Origin: Albugo candida
Taxonomy: Eukaryota
Direction: 5' to 3'
NCBI GenBank assembly: GCA_040437565.1
Contig: JBDOQK010000017.1
Coordinates: 310,001-374,000, forward strand
Length of the DNA: 64,000 nt
Within the stretch, counting starts at the first letter, position 1; every line of letters starts with the position of its first letter. This document shows, one piece after another, positions 37,101-51,699 of this stretch. Made by a program: the position numbers and the translations under genes. Below the pieces are notes generated by a model. That model made no database searches and was not told where the DNA came from. It was given only the letters and a program-made list of their open reading frames with translations.

Positions 37101-37446
37101 ATATCAACGACGGTATTGTAATTCGCGCAAGTCCAGCGTACAGCAGCGCACACGCAAGCAACAGATCGATTACGTGATGCAATACGCTCAACCTTTTCAT
37201 CAACTTGTCCGTGTTGGTCTGTGTCGACGAAAAAGTCGATTCTGAAGCAGTTAGACTCGATCCATTCGACAGAGTACCATCCGTGTGAGGCCACTGCGAC
37301 GACGGCACCGAGAAAGACGAATTCATCGATAAGTGCGTCGCTTCTCTCATCGGTGTCTCCAAAGTATCGTATGGACCATCATTCTGTTCAATGGATTTGA
37401 TAGTTGCAGCAGAGTGCAAATTGAAAAGTGAAGAGCGAGTTTGCAT
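28153..37446 (-). CDS. PIEZO: Piezo-type mechanosensitive ion channel (~3050 aa) with internal FN3 and PH-like domains
   Basis: Many TM helices, APFLFELRALLDY...TSL...W..LED signature, LQIRYGY, and C-terminal IYLVRE...LIRLLRSPETL. Introns 36327-36388 and 35263-35323 join three ORFs in frame; additional in-frame introns are possible. Confidence 0.93.
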
Positions 37447-39346
37447 GGCGACTGCACAGACAAGAATGATTGTCTTCAGATGGAAATTTGGAATTATATA
37501 TACAGTCACGGAGCACCTACACTCGATTGCTAGAATGTATGCGGCGATGCACATCGCTCTGTCGGTACCCTCTGATGCGTGGATACATTGTGGGCGATTG
37601 CGTTGTTGAGTTGTGTCACTGAATTTAAATACGGTTTGGTTATGGTAAACTGTATAGATGGGCCCTAAACGCACCCTGAGATGACACACGGATACGCAGG
37701 CCCCCCTTTTGATTGGAGAAAAAGCTTTGGTGTACTTAGCTCGTTGATTAGGTAGAAAGCGACTAACTCCCACATCGTGCAGTTATAGATCAGGGAATAT
37801 TTGTTAACTCGTTATGTTAAAATTGGAACTCAGTCTCAGACTGTCTCTACCTTGTCGCACTTTTTCTGTAGATACAGCAGAATGACCTTTTTTTTGTATA
37901 CTGCGATTGGAGATACTGATATCCTGATACAAAATGGCCATTGACTGACTTTCATCTTTTCGGTTGTGTTGAGATAAGCGCTCTGTCCCTATTTATGTAA
38001 TGCACTCAAATTATTGGATGGGGATCATGAAACATGGACGCATTCTGATGTTTTTCTCTGTAGAGGATGAAGGGAATCGTCTAGGAGAAAGAGTGTCGTT
38101 TCAGGATAAGACCCTGATTTATGATCCTATCTTGACGAGAGCAAATTTCGCATCGCGTCTCGGCAGGTATACGGTATTATGGCAGTAAGTAGACTGCAAC
38201 TAGAAGCTGTCACCGGGATCGTCCTTTCTATCCCTCGTACCTGATAAAGCAGCCTTACCTACTAAATCGGGCAGATATAAGTATGGCGACATTTATTTAA
38301 GTATGCACTGGCGGTTGGAGGATGTGGAAAAGAAGATAAATAGCAAGAGGTCATGAGTAGGACATTGTCTAATAGGTATTAAGCCATATGGTGTGAATTA
38401 ATATATGTATGTTGTACTTCGCTCACCTTTACATCGACAGACACCGCTGTGAATTGCCACTTTATTGAAACATGAGATCGAACGTAATTGCGTCCGTTTG
38501 TCGGTGTTCTCCATATACATCTGATTCTTTCAGCTTGGTGCTAAACAGTAGCATTACGTTCAGTGTGTGACAATTTCTTCTTAAATCGTGTAGCTTCACG
38601 GATCTTTAGTACGTAGGCAATTACAGTAGTCTGGAAAATGAAGCCAAAGTTGTCACTCCAGAATTCCACTTGTGCAGAGAAATTGGCTACCAGAAGTATA
38701 GACAGTCAGCAAAACTTGTCGACATCTAAGTCACAAAATAAATGTTACGGCATTTTGTATCAAAGGGATGTTACCTACGGGGCCGCTGGTTCATGTAATT
38801 TCAGCGATGAGTGAGAACTACATGTTCGACGCATTTACCGACGCAACAAATCAATCTCGATATATTTGGTCGTGAGGTCATATTGACAGGGAGAATATGA
38901 TCGTCTTATAGCAAAGCCAAGTTACGATTAGAAGAGACGGCAATTAGACACATATCTTAGTTTTTGAATGAGTATGGGTGTCAATATCGCATCGAAAGTG
39001 TGTTATATCAGACAAGGTGTCACGCATGATCCGATATAAGTTCTAATGGTCTTTTTACAGTAGATGAATTTCAGTGGCGGTTGTAGAAAGTATTAAAAGA
39101 GACTTACTCGCATAATAAGTTCTGCTCGAAACTTGCACATTGACGCAGGTGCTCAAGTCTCAAGTCACGGTATGCAGATAAACTTGGTAGGCGCCTTGAG
39201 AAAGTATACTGAGAGCAAGAAGACCTATTCGATAAGGCCTGTGTAAAGACATTGTATGGGTGCTTTACGCAATGTTGAAGCGATAAAAACAAATGCATCC
39301 CGAGGCGTGCCATATGTATAAAAAAAAAGCGGTCTTGCTTTCTTTC

Positions 39347-42300
39347 AGCAATTTTTCCACATTTTCAATTTTGCGTAGCTAAGAAACACCTGAGCATCCG
39401 GAAAATGTTTATAAGCTTTCATCACTCAGCACACTTCCTTTACAAGTAAAGCAAAAGAAAATCCATGTGGTTTGAATATGTTGCTGAAACTTCAGCTCCT
39501 TTGGGTTGAATAGGTCTATCTGACTTTATTACTATAATGGCACGAATTTCCCGATTGGTAAGCTCCCAAGCCAATTATGCGAAAATTTAATCGAGAGATT
39601 TTATGCTGAAGTCTGTGGATAGCTTTCAGCTAATAAATCATCTAGCTAGCATGTTTGAGTGCTCAGGAGAAAGGTGCGAACCCAGAGAGGGGAATACCCA
39701 TGCATTAATGGATTTCAGACAAATGAAGTTTGTCGATGATACATTTATTTTACCAAAACGTAGGACCAAATGCACATTGTATGTTGTTTCTTGTGTCGAA
39801 GTTACTATCAAAAAGGCATCCTTGATCCCTTCATTGTTTTCCCATGAACAAGGGACTCGTTCAAGCTGAAAGATACATATGACGTTCAACAGCTACCAAT
39901 CGGGTTTCGCTGACTTTTGGTAGGGTAAGCTACATGCATCGCAATGCATGGAATTTTACGTGACCGCAACTGGGCAGAGGTTGAGTCAAAAAATGCTCCG
40001 ATAACATCAATGAAATATCATGCGCTATTTTTCAATATATCATAGGGTTCCTCTTCTATTCTNNNNNNNNNNNNNNNNNNNNNNNNNNNNNNNNNNNNNN
40101 NNNNNNNNNNNNNNNNNNNNNNNNNNNNNNNNNNNNNNNNNNNNNNNNNNNNNNNNNNNNNNAGCAATTTTTCCACATTTTCAATTTTGCGTAGCTAAGA
40201 AACACCTGAGCATCCGGAAAATGTTTATAAGCTTTCATCACTCAGCACACTTCCTTTACAAGTAAAGCAAAAGAAAATCCATGTGGTTTGAATATGTTGC
40301 TGAAACTTCAGCTCCTTTGGGTTGAATAGGTCTATCTGACTTTATTACTATAATGGCACGAATTTCCCGATTGGTAAGCTCCCAAGCCAATTATGCGAAA
40401 ATTTAATCGAGAGATTTTATGCTGAAGTCTGTGGATAGCTTTCAGCTAATAAATCATCTAGCTAGCATGTTTGAGTGCTCAGGAGAAAGGTGCGAACCCA
40501 GAGAGGGGAATACCCATGCATTAATGGATTTCAGACAAATGAAGTTTGTCGATGATACATTTATTTTACCAAAACGTAGGACCAAATGCACATTGTATGT
40601 TGTTTCTTGTGTCGAAGTTACTATCAAAAAGGCATCCTTGATCCCTTCATTGTTTTCCCATGAACAAGGGACTCGTTCAAGCTGAAAGATACATATGACG
40701 TTCAACAGCTACCAATCGGGTTTCGCTGACTTTTGGTAGGGTAAGCTACATGCATCGCAATGCATGGAATTTTACGTGACCGCAACTGGGCAGAGGTTGA
40801 GTCAAAAAATGCTCCGATAACATCAATGAAATATCATGCGCTATTTTTCAATATATCATAGGGTTCCTCTTCTATTCTACAGACTTTAAAGCGGTTCGCC
40901 CCTACAAAAATTAATTTAGTAAACCTGGAAACTGATCAAAACAATATAAACCAAATGCGCTAGCTCTCCTGCAAATAAACAGTAGTGTCTACTAGTCTTG
41001 ACTTATAGCTAACATCACAATCATAAATATCTCTTTTTCTCCGTTAATGACATCTGCGGGATGCCACAATTCGGACTNNNNNNNNNNNNNNNNNNNNNNN
41101 NNNNNNNNNNNNNNNNNNNNNNNNNNNNNNNNNNNNNNNNNNNNNNNNNNNNNNNNNNNNNNNNNNNNNNNNNNNNNAATTTAGTAAACCTGGAAACTGA
41201 TCAAAACAATATAAACCAAATGCGCTAGCTCTCCTGCAAATAAACAGTAGTGTCTACTAGTCTTGACTTATAGCTAACATCACAATCATAAATATCTCTT
41301 TTTCTCCGTTAATGACATCTGCGGGATGCCACAATTCGGACTGTTTCTTACCCAGAAAGAGTGAAGGTAAAATGTCACAATTCGATTATAAAAAAACTTC
41401 ATGTGAAGAAGGTCGCTGTCTTGGCATGAGAGAATTGACGGCATGGCGGCTTGGAAGTCGAGACTCATGAACTTCGTATCGCTACCTAACGATGATGACA
41501 AGTAGACGATGAAGGATGTTAATAATGTATACTCAAGAAGAAGAGAGTACAGTAAAAGCTCTACATCAGGTAAAGGATTAGTAACATGTCCTTAGGTCTG
41601 CAAAGCAACTACCACTTCGTCCATGTTCGAAACTATTCGTGTAAGAATGCATTGCTTCTGTTACAAAAGTACTGCACAGGTCACAAAATGCTTTTTAGTG
41701 ACGCACGAGCATTACATTTGCTATAATGTTATCGTGCAATAAATGTGTCGATAGACTATCGAATTTCAATAGCGCAGCTTTACGGGCGGGCCAATGGCAT
41801 TTCGGATATTATCGGAAAAAAGAAGTGGACAGTGTCAAGCAATACTTTTGATAGCGACTGAAGTGGAACGCCACCAGTGCTACCATAGAGAATATTTGAG
41901 ATGAAAACTTTGGACATTATAGAATGATGGAAAGCATATGCATCTCAGAGGAATCTGCAAAGCATGTACGCTACAGCGATGAGCTAACAAGAATCTAGTG
42001 ACTTCTTAGTCCAAAAGATATTCTATATGGCAGCTTAGTGAGAAAAGGAAGACAATAATAGTGATAAGATGGCGTCCATACGACTCTTATTCTATTCCCT
42101 TGAAGCATGTATCATGCTGGTTGAGATCGACCGCTGCTACAGATTTATACTTGAGTGACACGCACTGCTAAAGAATGTATAAGATTCCACAAAGAACGTT
42201 GGCAGAGCACGAGTATCGATGATATTGGTATGTAATGTAATGTCGATATGGAGATTGATTACAACACTGATCAACAAATACACGGCCTAATGGTGTGGCG

Positions 42301-45300
42301 GAGTGCTTGGAGGGGTTGATCGCCTGTTTCGCCACCACAACCATTATACGTATGGCAGGGGCTCCGATAAGGAGTGTTGGCAACGCCTTTTTGATGGCAG
42401 CGCCTTGTGATCCATTTACAACACTTCGAAATCTTGCAATGGAAGCTTCGTGGCTGTACAAAGAAACGAGCCCGTATCAACAGATAGAGATTCATACTGT
42501 AAAGCCGACACTATACAAATAGATTGAAAGCGGACGGTTATGTATTCGGAAAGATCGACCCATAAATGTGGACGTCGGCTTACCAGAAAAAACTATCCGG
42601 GTTATTGATACGTATGACCCGTTATGGCTCGCCATCGGAATTTATAGCAAACGACAAGGTTCTTATTGCTGGGTCGCATCCAAAAGCTGAAAAAGAATAG
42701 CGATAGTCGAACACATCCGACACGTCCATCAGCAATACTTCGATCTCTTGTGATCACGCACCTCGTCTATGATGAGAAGACAGCATCCAATCACCCACAC
42801 GTATTTAAACTGAAGGCTCCGTTCACATAAATCGATGAAAAATCACCACGTGCTCGATGGGATGACGAACAATAATTTGAAGAAGTATCGAATATGCTTT
42901 TAATCAAATCTCTGATGCTGGTGCTATTCCTCGACCAGGCGCAAAGTTCTTAATGCCTTCTGCCAAAATCAATATTTCTTTCGTTCCACTACCATAAATA
43001 ATAGCGACGTCAAGCAGTCACAGACTATCATCAAAGAGTTCTGTCACTTGTTTCTGAGAAACGGACGATGCGCTGATCGCCATTTAGAGACATGTGGATG
43101 CAAACTCTTCTGAGCACAGAAGCCATTCCATGGGATTGATCCGTCATCAACGACATTGGAGAGGAGCTTTGCGATGGAGTGTGGCACGCTCAAGTATTGG
43201 AAGCCTTCACTAGATCACATCGATCCGATTAGAAGCCATTCTTCGAATATCTTCGTTTACCCACAATCGTCAGGATCCAAAAGCTACACAATGTTCAAGT
43301 CTGTGTTATGTCTCCAAGAAGTTATCGGACCCCCTTCACTCACATAATCTCAAGACAGGCGGACGTCATTGGTTCCATCCGCGCAAAAGACTAGAAATGG
43401 TAAACCAAACAGCTCGTCAAAAATCTTGCGGATGGATCATTTCTGCATCTAAGAAAATTTGTTGTTTAAGTGAAGAGAAAATCAATGAGCTGTTTTTAAT
43501 ATGAAGCACGTTGTATTGTCGAGGTGCTCAAGCGTGAAATAATGCAGACACAACAGAGCATGCCGGCACGAGCGAAGAAGTATTCTGGAAAGTCTCGCTA
43601 AGGAAGGGAATTTTATGCTGAGTAAAATTCTGCTCGAATGGAGTCAATCGGTTTATGCAAATAACGCAATTGTTGTGCATCTTGTCCATCTGGAAGATGA
43701 TGCTTTTGGTGCGTATATTCATTGCTATCACCATATGCTAAGTCTACGCTCGTTGATTGCAAAGTCATCGAAAGGGTCATAGCAAGCACAACAGGGAGTT
43801 AAGACGCTTTCCGCGCAATGCACAAGGGGATTTGTAAAATTATTGGCGCCTTTCTATTCCATTCGTTGCGTGTCTCCACCATCAATTATTTGGACGAAGA
43901 AGGAGAATTGATGCTGCATGAATGGTTTGTGGATGGTGTCGTTCCGCTCGGACTAATTCGAAAGTATGAGCGAAGAAGGATCTGATCCTGAAAGTGGAAA
44001 ATGGTGACGAAGTGATTGCGGTGTAAATTCACAAATGGTGGCGGAAATACTGTGAGGAAGTGATTCAACGAGAATTGGCAGCACTGAAGATTCAAAAACG
44101 GGGGAGAAGCCTGTATGGACAAGGGATTTGATTGCAAGTGGCCGCATTGATGATACATAACGGTAGCAGAACCATCGTGAGGAAATGAATCGATAGAATG
44201 GAGGATCCGAAATCATGGTAAAAGCGTTGTGAGCAAGTGACCCAATCGAATTTGGCCCGGTTGAGACTTCAGAAAAATCGAAGGAAGCGGTGTGAAGAAG
44301 AAACTCGATGCAAAATGCGTCGCGTTCGATTCACAGGAATTGAGTGAATGTTCAGAAGAAAAATTGGGAAATGGTACGATATCATTTGACTGGAAAAATG
44401 ACACTAAAACGGTTTCAAAAGTGTGTTACACGATGGAAAAAACGGAAAATCGTTCGGGAAATACATTGTTGACAATCTGCGAATGCGACTCAAATCGCCT
44501 TACACCGCCAACAAGTTTTCAGCAAAGTTGGAATCGCATTCTAAGTGTACAAAATCAGATTTTTTTGCACGCATTGCACTTTTGTGCCTTCGAATTACTT
44601 TCGCAGAGATGCTCATTGCAAACTGGATACAATATTCTCATCGCAAGCAAGTCAAATTGGAAGGAATATCGTACGAACGTGAGTTAATTGCCCAATGGCT
44701 AAAATCCGACGGAAGCAGAGATTGTCATGCTGGAAAATTAATTAATGGATTCTCACACAATGCGTGTGGAACGCTCGATATGGCACAGAAGCGGTGTAGA
44801 TCACCGCTCGATTTTCGATTAAATGAATACTTTTTGGGAGGAGTGTCGCGCACATGAGGCAATCAGACGGAATTGAATGCACTTCCGACTGAATCGGACA
44901 ATTTGGATTAAAATTGAGACGCGACGCGCTGCCGATATATTGCAAAACAGAATGAATGCTGCTGTACAACCTGAACATTGCTGGAAGCGTTATGTGCGTA
45001 TATAAGTGGAAGGCGCGGAAAATCAAGTGAATACGGCGGTTACCATGCAAGCAATTTGGCTTGAATACGCTGTTAAAAAGCAGCGAGCTGGTGCAGCAAT
45101 TTTGGAAACGTGTGTGTGCTGCAGGGTCATCAGAACTGAACGCGCGTTTGGTAACTAGTCTACACATCAATTTTTCAATACAAAAACTCCTGGATGTGGC
45201 CTGGTATCTCTCCATTATACAATGTACACGCGATACTCATATGAGTGCTTTGATGCGTGCTTGAACGAGAAATGTGTCAAGATGCTTTTTTCGACAATTA

Positions 45301-47781
45301 GAAGTTTTCATCAAATTAAGACCGTATGAAGGAAAGGAGGACGTGTGGTATGATCAATCCCAAATGTCTTTTTGAACTGGCGACTGAATTGATGGCGTCT
45401 TAGATGAAGGCTTTGGCGACAGCGAAGAATGATCAGAGCGTGGGGAAATTTGTGTGCATGTAGAAACACGATGTGCAGCACGTTGTCACTCGTTTGAGAA
45501 TAAAGTTGTCGCGTGGGTCATTACTGTATCGGTAGAACGGTGGAAAGAAGAAGAACATTCAAGAAAGTATGATAAATTCATTGTCGCGGAAAGCGCATAC
45601 TCTGATCCTGCAAAGCGTGAATCAAATATTGTAAAGCTTGGAAGTGTATAACCAATGAATGGTTGCCTAAGTATGATGGTGTCAAGCAAATGCAAAGCAA
45701 AATAGCTGCCACCAGCCAAATAAATTAATCACACGATTGACTTGCTTCGGGATGAAATTTCTACGGAAGACATTATGCTCTGTCTCAGCTAAGAGTCTTC
45801 TTGAGCAAAGGCTTGACAATCGCCCAATTTGAATCAATTAGGCTCAGCAGAGAAATACTGACAGCCATTGATGATAATTTCCGAACCCACGCTACGTGAA
45901 AAGGATGCAGAAAGTACAAGACTGTTTAATCCTCTTGATACCCAACATTCCGTAACATGGGTCATAGTTAAAATATTTGTTTACAATTTTCAAAATGCCA
46001 TTCACCTATCTATCTGTTTTCATCCAATTCTTTATTTATCAAGATGCTTAAATCATTCGATGCGCATACATTGTTCTCTCAGTTCCGTCTTCTTAGTATT
46101 TCAATAATATCTCTGGTGATATTCCCACAAAATGGTATCTCTGGTACATTGTCTTTATGATTTCAGTGGCAGGTATAAGTAATGTTTGAGCTAGTTTTTT
46201 TCTAAGCCTAAAAAAACACACTTCGTACATTGAATCACGGCCTTGGGTCTTGAGTACAAAAAATGTACGTATATATGGTGGGCATCTGATGACGATGATC
46301 CCATAAATCTGACACTCAACAGAAAGGATCGATGGGGTATGTATTTTTTGGAAAACATGAGGGACAAGCGATTTTTTCGCGAATAAACCGCATTTAACTA
46401 TCGAGCAGAAAACCTCCAGATCCAAAGGAGCAATTTTTATACCATTTAAGCACTGTCTCGTGGTGTTGTACTCTACCATTTACATCATAATTTGGAAAAT
46501 TGCAGAGTAAAGATGCTGGTGAGAATATTTCAGCTGAAACAATCTTCTGTGCAGAATCAAATAACAGATAACCACAGCATCTACAAACTTTAGGGCTGTC
46601 CACTCTGCATGTTATAGATAAATGACGTCAACTGTTCTTATGACTACAAAATAGCGGAGGATACCAATCAGATATAAAGGTCACGTTCTTATGCTTTCTT
46701 ACGTATTATAGGTTGTTGTGCTGTAGTAAGTGTCAAATACTGTCAGGAAAAACAGTATNNNNNNNNNNNNNNNNNNNNNNNNNNNNNNNNNNNNNNNNNN
46801 NNNNNNNNNNNNNNNNNNNNNNNNNNNNNNNNNNNNNNNNNNNNNNNNNNNNNNNNNNAATTAGGCTCAGCAGAGAAATACTGACAGCCATTGATGATAA
46901 TTTCCGAACCCACGCTACGTGAAAAGGATGCAGAAAGTACAAGACTGTTTAATCCTCTTGATACCCAACATTCCGTAACATGGGTCATAGTTAAAATATT
47001 TGTTTACAATTTTCAAAATGCCATTCACCTATCTATCTGTTTTCATCCAATTCTTTATTTATCAAGATGCTTAAATCATTCGATGCGCATACATTGTTCT
47101 CTCAGTTCCGTCTTCTTAGTATTTCAATAATATCTCTGGTGATATTCCCACAAAATGGTATCTCTGGTACATTGTCTTTATGATTTCAGTGGCAGGTATA
47201 AGTAATGTTTGAGCTAGTTTTTTTCTAAGCCTAAAAAAACACACTTCGTACATTGAATCACGGCCTTGGGTCTTGAGTACAAAAAATGTACGTATATATG
47301 GTGGGCATCTGATGACGATGATCCCATAAATCTGACACTCAACAGAAAGGATCGATGGGGTATGTATTTTTTGGAAAACATGAGGGACAAGCGATTTTTT
47401 CGCGAATAAACCGCATTTAACTATCGAGCAGAAAACCTCCAGATCCAAAGGAGCAATTTTTATACCATTTAAGCACTGTCTCGTGGTGTTGTACTCTACC
47501 ATTTACATCATAATTTGGAAAATTGCAGAGTAAAGATGCTGGTGAGAATATTTCAGCTGAAACAATCTTCTGTGCAGAATCAAATAACAGATAACCACAG
47601 CATCTACAAACTTTAGGGCTGTCCACTCTGCATGTTATAGATAAATGACGTCAACTGTTCTTATGACTACAAAATAGCGGAGGATACCAATCAGATATAA
47701 AGGTCACGTTCTTATGCTTTCTTACGTATTATAGGTTGTTGTGCTGTAGTAAGTGTCAAATACTGTCAGGAAAAACAGTAT
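39347..47781. repeat. Gap-flanking duplications (39347-40042/40163-40877; 40913-41077/41178-41343; 45836-46758/46859-47781), probably assembly artefacts
   Basis: Near-identical copies directly abut 100-N gaps. The same pattern occurs at 10661/11097, 14493/14904 and ~21242/21369. Confidence 0.8.
41750..42545 (-). pseudogene. Decayed paralogue (copy C) of the 2.9-4.57 kb gene, lacking the insertion
   Basis: Shared blocks CATGTATCATGCTGGTTGAGA and ACTGAAGTRGAACGCCACCAGTG, and peptides GVANTP/GVANPP and PLGRVF/PLGRLF. Confidence 0.55.
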
Positions 47782-49449
47782 CAAACAAAACCTCAGCATG
47801 TAGACACATGGCTCGCTTTCGAGGAACTTTTTGAGAATTTCAGAGAAAAGCCATTGAGAAAAAATATAACACACTTACAAACACCAGAATGCGTCAGAGC
47901 GATTCAGTCCCAATTTTTTCTAGCTCAGTTCTCGCATACCATTATCAGAGCAGGAGTTGCGAAGACTTTGACCCTTTTGATTTTCTGGAATCTAAAGAAG
48001 GTCAGTGGTGAAGCTACTTTATTTCCGATTCCAGAAGAAAAAAACAAATGAACACGTACGATTTTCATTTTTTGACAAAACGTATATTGGCGTCATGGTT
48101 TTTCACGCTCGTATTTCAACAATTCGAAGCGAAGATTCTGTATGCTTTATAGTATATTCAAAAGAAGTTCAAACAAGTGGTTTGTATTACATGAAAGTCC
48201 ACCTGGCAAGGGTCCAGAGCGTGCAACAAACATCTGCATGAGGTTGAGTTGACGGTATGCTACTTATGTATAGAGAATAGAGGCACCAGTGTTCTTTGCA
48301 TCCTACTTTTGAATTCTTTTGATCTTCATACATATACAATTCAATCAACTCGCGTACGAAGTCATACATATGAATCGAAAGTCTAGTTTCATGTTCAAGA
48401 AAGTAGAAGATTCTAGAAATATATGATATTCAACTAGAAATGTAGACAAATTGGCATCGCTTGTAATAAAACCATCCTACACAATATCCTCTTCTTCTAA
48501 ATCAAATGCTACTATCTGTTTGTGTGCTCAAGCATGAGTCTGTACCCTAAACCCAGCTAGGTGAAAGTGAGTTACCCTATACAGAATGATTATCTTGCAC
48601 AATAAGGCGGATCGACTTCTGCAAACTCCCATTAGAAGCCGTACCTAAAACCATCTAGGCGTGTGTTTTCTCAGTCAAATAACCGTGTAAAATACGATCA
48701 TTTTACGTGTCTGTTTCTACATATGTATATATATGCATTTCAGTTATGTAAGCGGATGAATCTACTCAGGAATGGGAGGGGAGAGTTGACCGCTGCCATT
48801 TTCTTTAAAATAATGTCAATTCATCAGCTTTTTACCCAGTCGTACGATGATTTAGCGTTGTTCAAATGTAGTTCTTTTCAGGGCTTCTATAATCTATCCA
48901 GTATGGTCAATATGCGGACCTCTTGTCATGTCATGGACTTGTCAGCAGATGTCACAACAGGTCAAAATCTCTAGACCGTGATCTGTTTTGAAAGTTGAGA
49001 ACAAGAAAATATCTTTTTATTGTTGGACGATGGCTACTAATCGCATTCAATATCCACAGAATTATTTTGAATCAATGTTTTGTACTACGGCACAAAGGAT
49101 CGGTTAACGAACACAACAAATGATATCGAGTTTGCTTTAAGAACAGAATTAGCATGCGAGGAGTAGAGACGATTGGCTAAGATATTCACAAGACATCCAA
49201 ACCACGAAGAGAGACGGTATATCTAGTGTTAAGATTATGCAAGTCAAAAACTGTGATTAATGCTAAAAGCAGTAAACGTCAAAGTGAAAAACGGTATTTT
49301 ATTTAACGTTGTGAAAGATGTAAATTTCATTTGCTTCGTGAGAGAAAAGAAAGAAATGATTTCGTCGTCTTCAGTGTATTTTTATATGGATTGCACACTC
49401 GGAACGATATTACACCAAGTCGCGGGCCATCCAGTTTGCTAACGAGATC

Positions 49450-51221
49450 ACGTAGAACGGTCATAACTCACTATACTGGTCTTCGGTACGATCAATGGCA
49501 ACCGTCGCCGTAGCTTCCTGTTCAATTTGTAGCTCCGCAATCCGTCTTTTCGGTACCTATGTAGGTCTAGTACATTTAAGTCAACGCTACCGCACTGACG
49601 GTGTCCAAAAAAAGGAAACGACCACGCATCTAGCGGACCAGATACACCAGATCTTTCGCGAGTTCGCCCGTTCAAGGAGAAACACATTAGCATTTATGAA
49701 GATTTGCCTGGCTGCCATCGATGTACGATGGGGTGGTCGCGGGTCCAAGCAAAGGGCGAACAGGTTTCGTGGCGTAATTTCGTAGTCCGCAACCCCGTAA
49801 CGCTCGTGGTGCTGTGCGTGTGTGGTACATCGGCATCACCTCGCGCTGGTGTTGTTCCACCGACCGCAGCTACGTGCCACTCGCCGTAAAGTTGGCGTAG
49901 CAGAGCGCGCACATATCGTACGACTACTCGAACAACGACGAGTGGCCAATCACATTCTCGCCAATGTAGTCGTCGACTTGCTCCTCCAGAGTCGTGATGC
50001 CCCCATTACCTTCGTCACTGCTGTCTGCCGCGGCGCCTGTAAGCCGGTATGCGCTCGTGATATGCGACGAGAGGTCTTAACTCATCTCGTCGCAGAGATA
50101 GCGCTACGGGTCGTCGCGGCAATCTTGTTGCTGCGCCCAATGCTTCAGCGACTCGGATTCTCGCTTCTGTCGGATTTGGTGCGAGTCAATGTGCACCACT
50201 TGCTGTCCAAGTTCGTGGTGTTGCGGCAGTTCCTGCTAGAGAATAAGAATTTGAACACAAGTCGCATGCTGGATTTGGCAAGTGGCAGCCGAGCAGTGCG
50301 CTGTTCGTGATTCCCATCACGAAGTGGTCAAATATGGCAAGCTGCTCGTGGCTCATGCGCGGCATATGACGATACAACAGCAGCAAGTCGGTCAGGAAAA
50401 CGTTTTTATCGTTGACGTGTTATGGACCCAACTTTAGCCAGTACAAGGTTGAGCCTATGCGAACGACGATGCCGTCTCCGTAACCACTATTTGCAACCTG
50501 GGCGCATCCAATGTACTTGTTTCTCCTTCGCGGTTCTCAATGAAATCCTCCGCCTCTGGGTAGAGGTCATAANNNNNNNNNNNNNNNNNNNNNNNNNNNN
50601 NNNNNNNNNNNNNNNNNNNNNNNNNNNNNNNNNNNNNNNNNNNNNNNNNNNNNNNNNNNNNNNNNNNNNNNNACATCTGGTCGAGCAACTCGCCAGCGAT
50701 CTGAAATCGTGACGGTACATCGTTTTCATCATCGAACATGGCGCAAAAAAGCTTGTTCTCAACGACACGAAAAGCTACTCCAGTCGCAATAATGACTATC
50801 GCTACTACCAAGTGTCGCTCTGCGCGTGTGCGATTCTTGATTGCGAGGGTGCGAGGGCTGCGACAAATAGACTTGCTTGAGGTCTGGAAGAGACGGTTAG
50901 TGTTGGATCGGGAGGAAGGGCTCTGAGCGTGTGAATGGCGGCGGCTGGACGGCGTTTGGTTCTACATCCTACTCTTTACGAGGCGCCTTATCGCTTTCTC
51001 CTTCTCCATTTACTTGTAGAGTGCAATCCACTTTTTCTTGTTTTTTTTTTTATGTTCGCTAGTCCAGAGTAGAGGGTCGCATGGGGGAGCATGTTACGCG
51101 ACTGAGCGTTGACGATGAGTATTGAACAAAACTTGCACTTCACGTTAGGCTGACCTCTACCTTGTCTAATTGCAACGACTTCTTCGTATAGTGACCACAT
51201 ATCGCCTCTGGGTCGCCCCAT
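49450..51221 (-). mobile_element. Decayed hAT-like transposase gene with a BED zinc finger
   Basis: MGRPRGDMWSLYEE...VKCKFC (BED-like) and IIATGVAFRVVENKLF...PSRFQIAGELLD (DUF659-type region). GC-richer than the flanks; frameshifted; contains a gap. Confidence 0.75.
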
Positions 51222-51699
51222 GGTAAATGTCTAGCACGTGCCAGATAAATACGAGCGTGCGGCCGCCGAGACCAACACGAACGCGGTCTCCGGCAAGCAG
51301 AGAAAAAATGACACAATCTGAGATTTTTCTTCCCATTGTGATTACTGATTTGTAATTCACGCGTCAAAAACATTTCAAAAACTGTTAGAAGCAATTATTA
51401 AAGCTGTGTGAATTTAACACGATGTGAAAAACTCTCAGCTCTAGTTAGATCACGTCTGGCATTATTTATTACACGATACAGTCTCATTGAGGCTACTCAT
51501 AATCTTATTCTCGTAATCCCCCATCTTTCAGAAACAAAGAGCAAAGTACCGAAAGGTAACGAGTCAACAAGATTTTCATATTCCTCCACATCGCGATTTC
51601 TCTCTACTCACATAATATGCTGCATAGGTAACCGTATAATTCGTTTTTTATGCCAAAGTGAATAGACATGGATGATTAACTACATACACTAACCGTTTG

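Noticed and set aside
28345-37609. Many short ORFs overlapping Piezo
   Set aside because: Antisense or alternate-frame shadows of the long CDS.
43698-45700. Possible decayed secreted-protein gene (MMLLVRIFIAITIC*...); similar hints at 38.3-39.3 kb and 46-49.3 kb
   Set aside because: Too fragmented, with no firm motif or internal paralogy that I could verify.
45836-47781. Apparent tandem duplications (also at 10.7/11.1, 14.5/14.9, 39.3/40.2 and 40.9/41.2 kb)
   Set aside because: Each is near-identical and abuts a 100-N gap, the signature of unmerged contig overlaps rather than real duplication.
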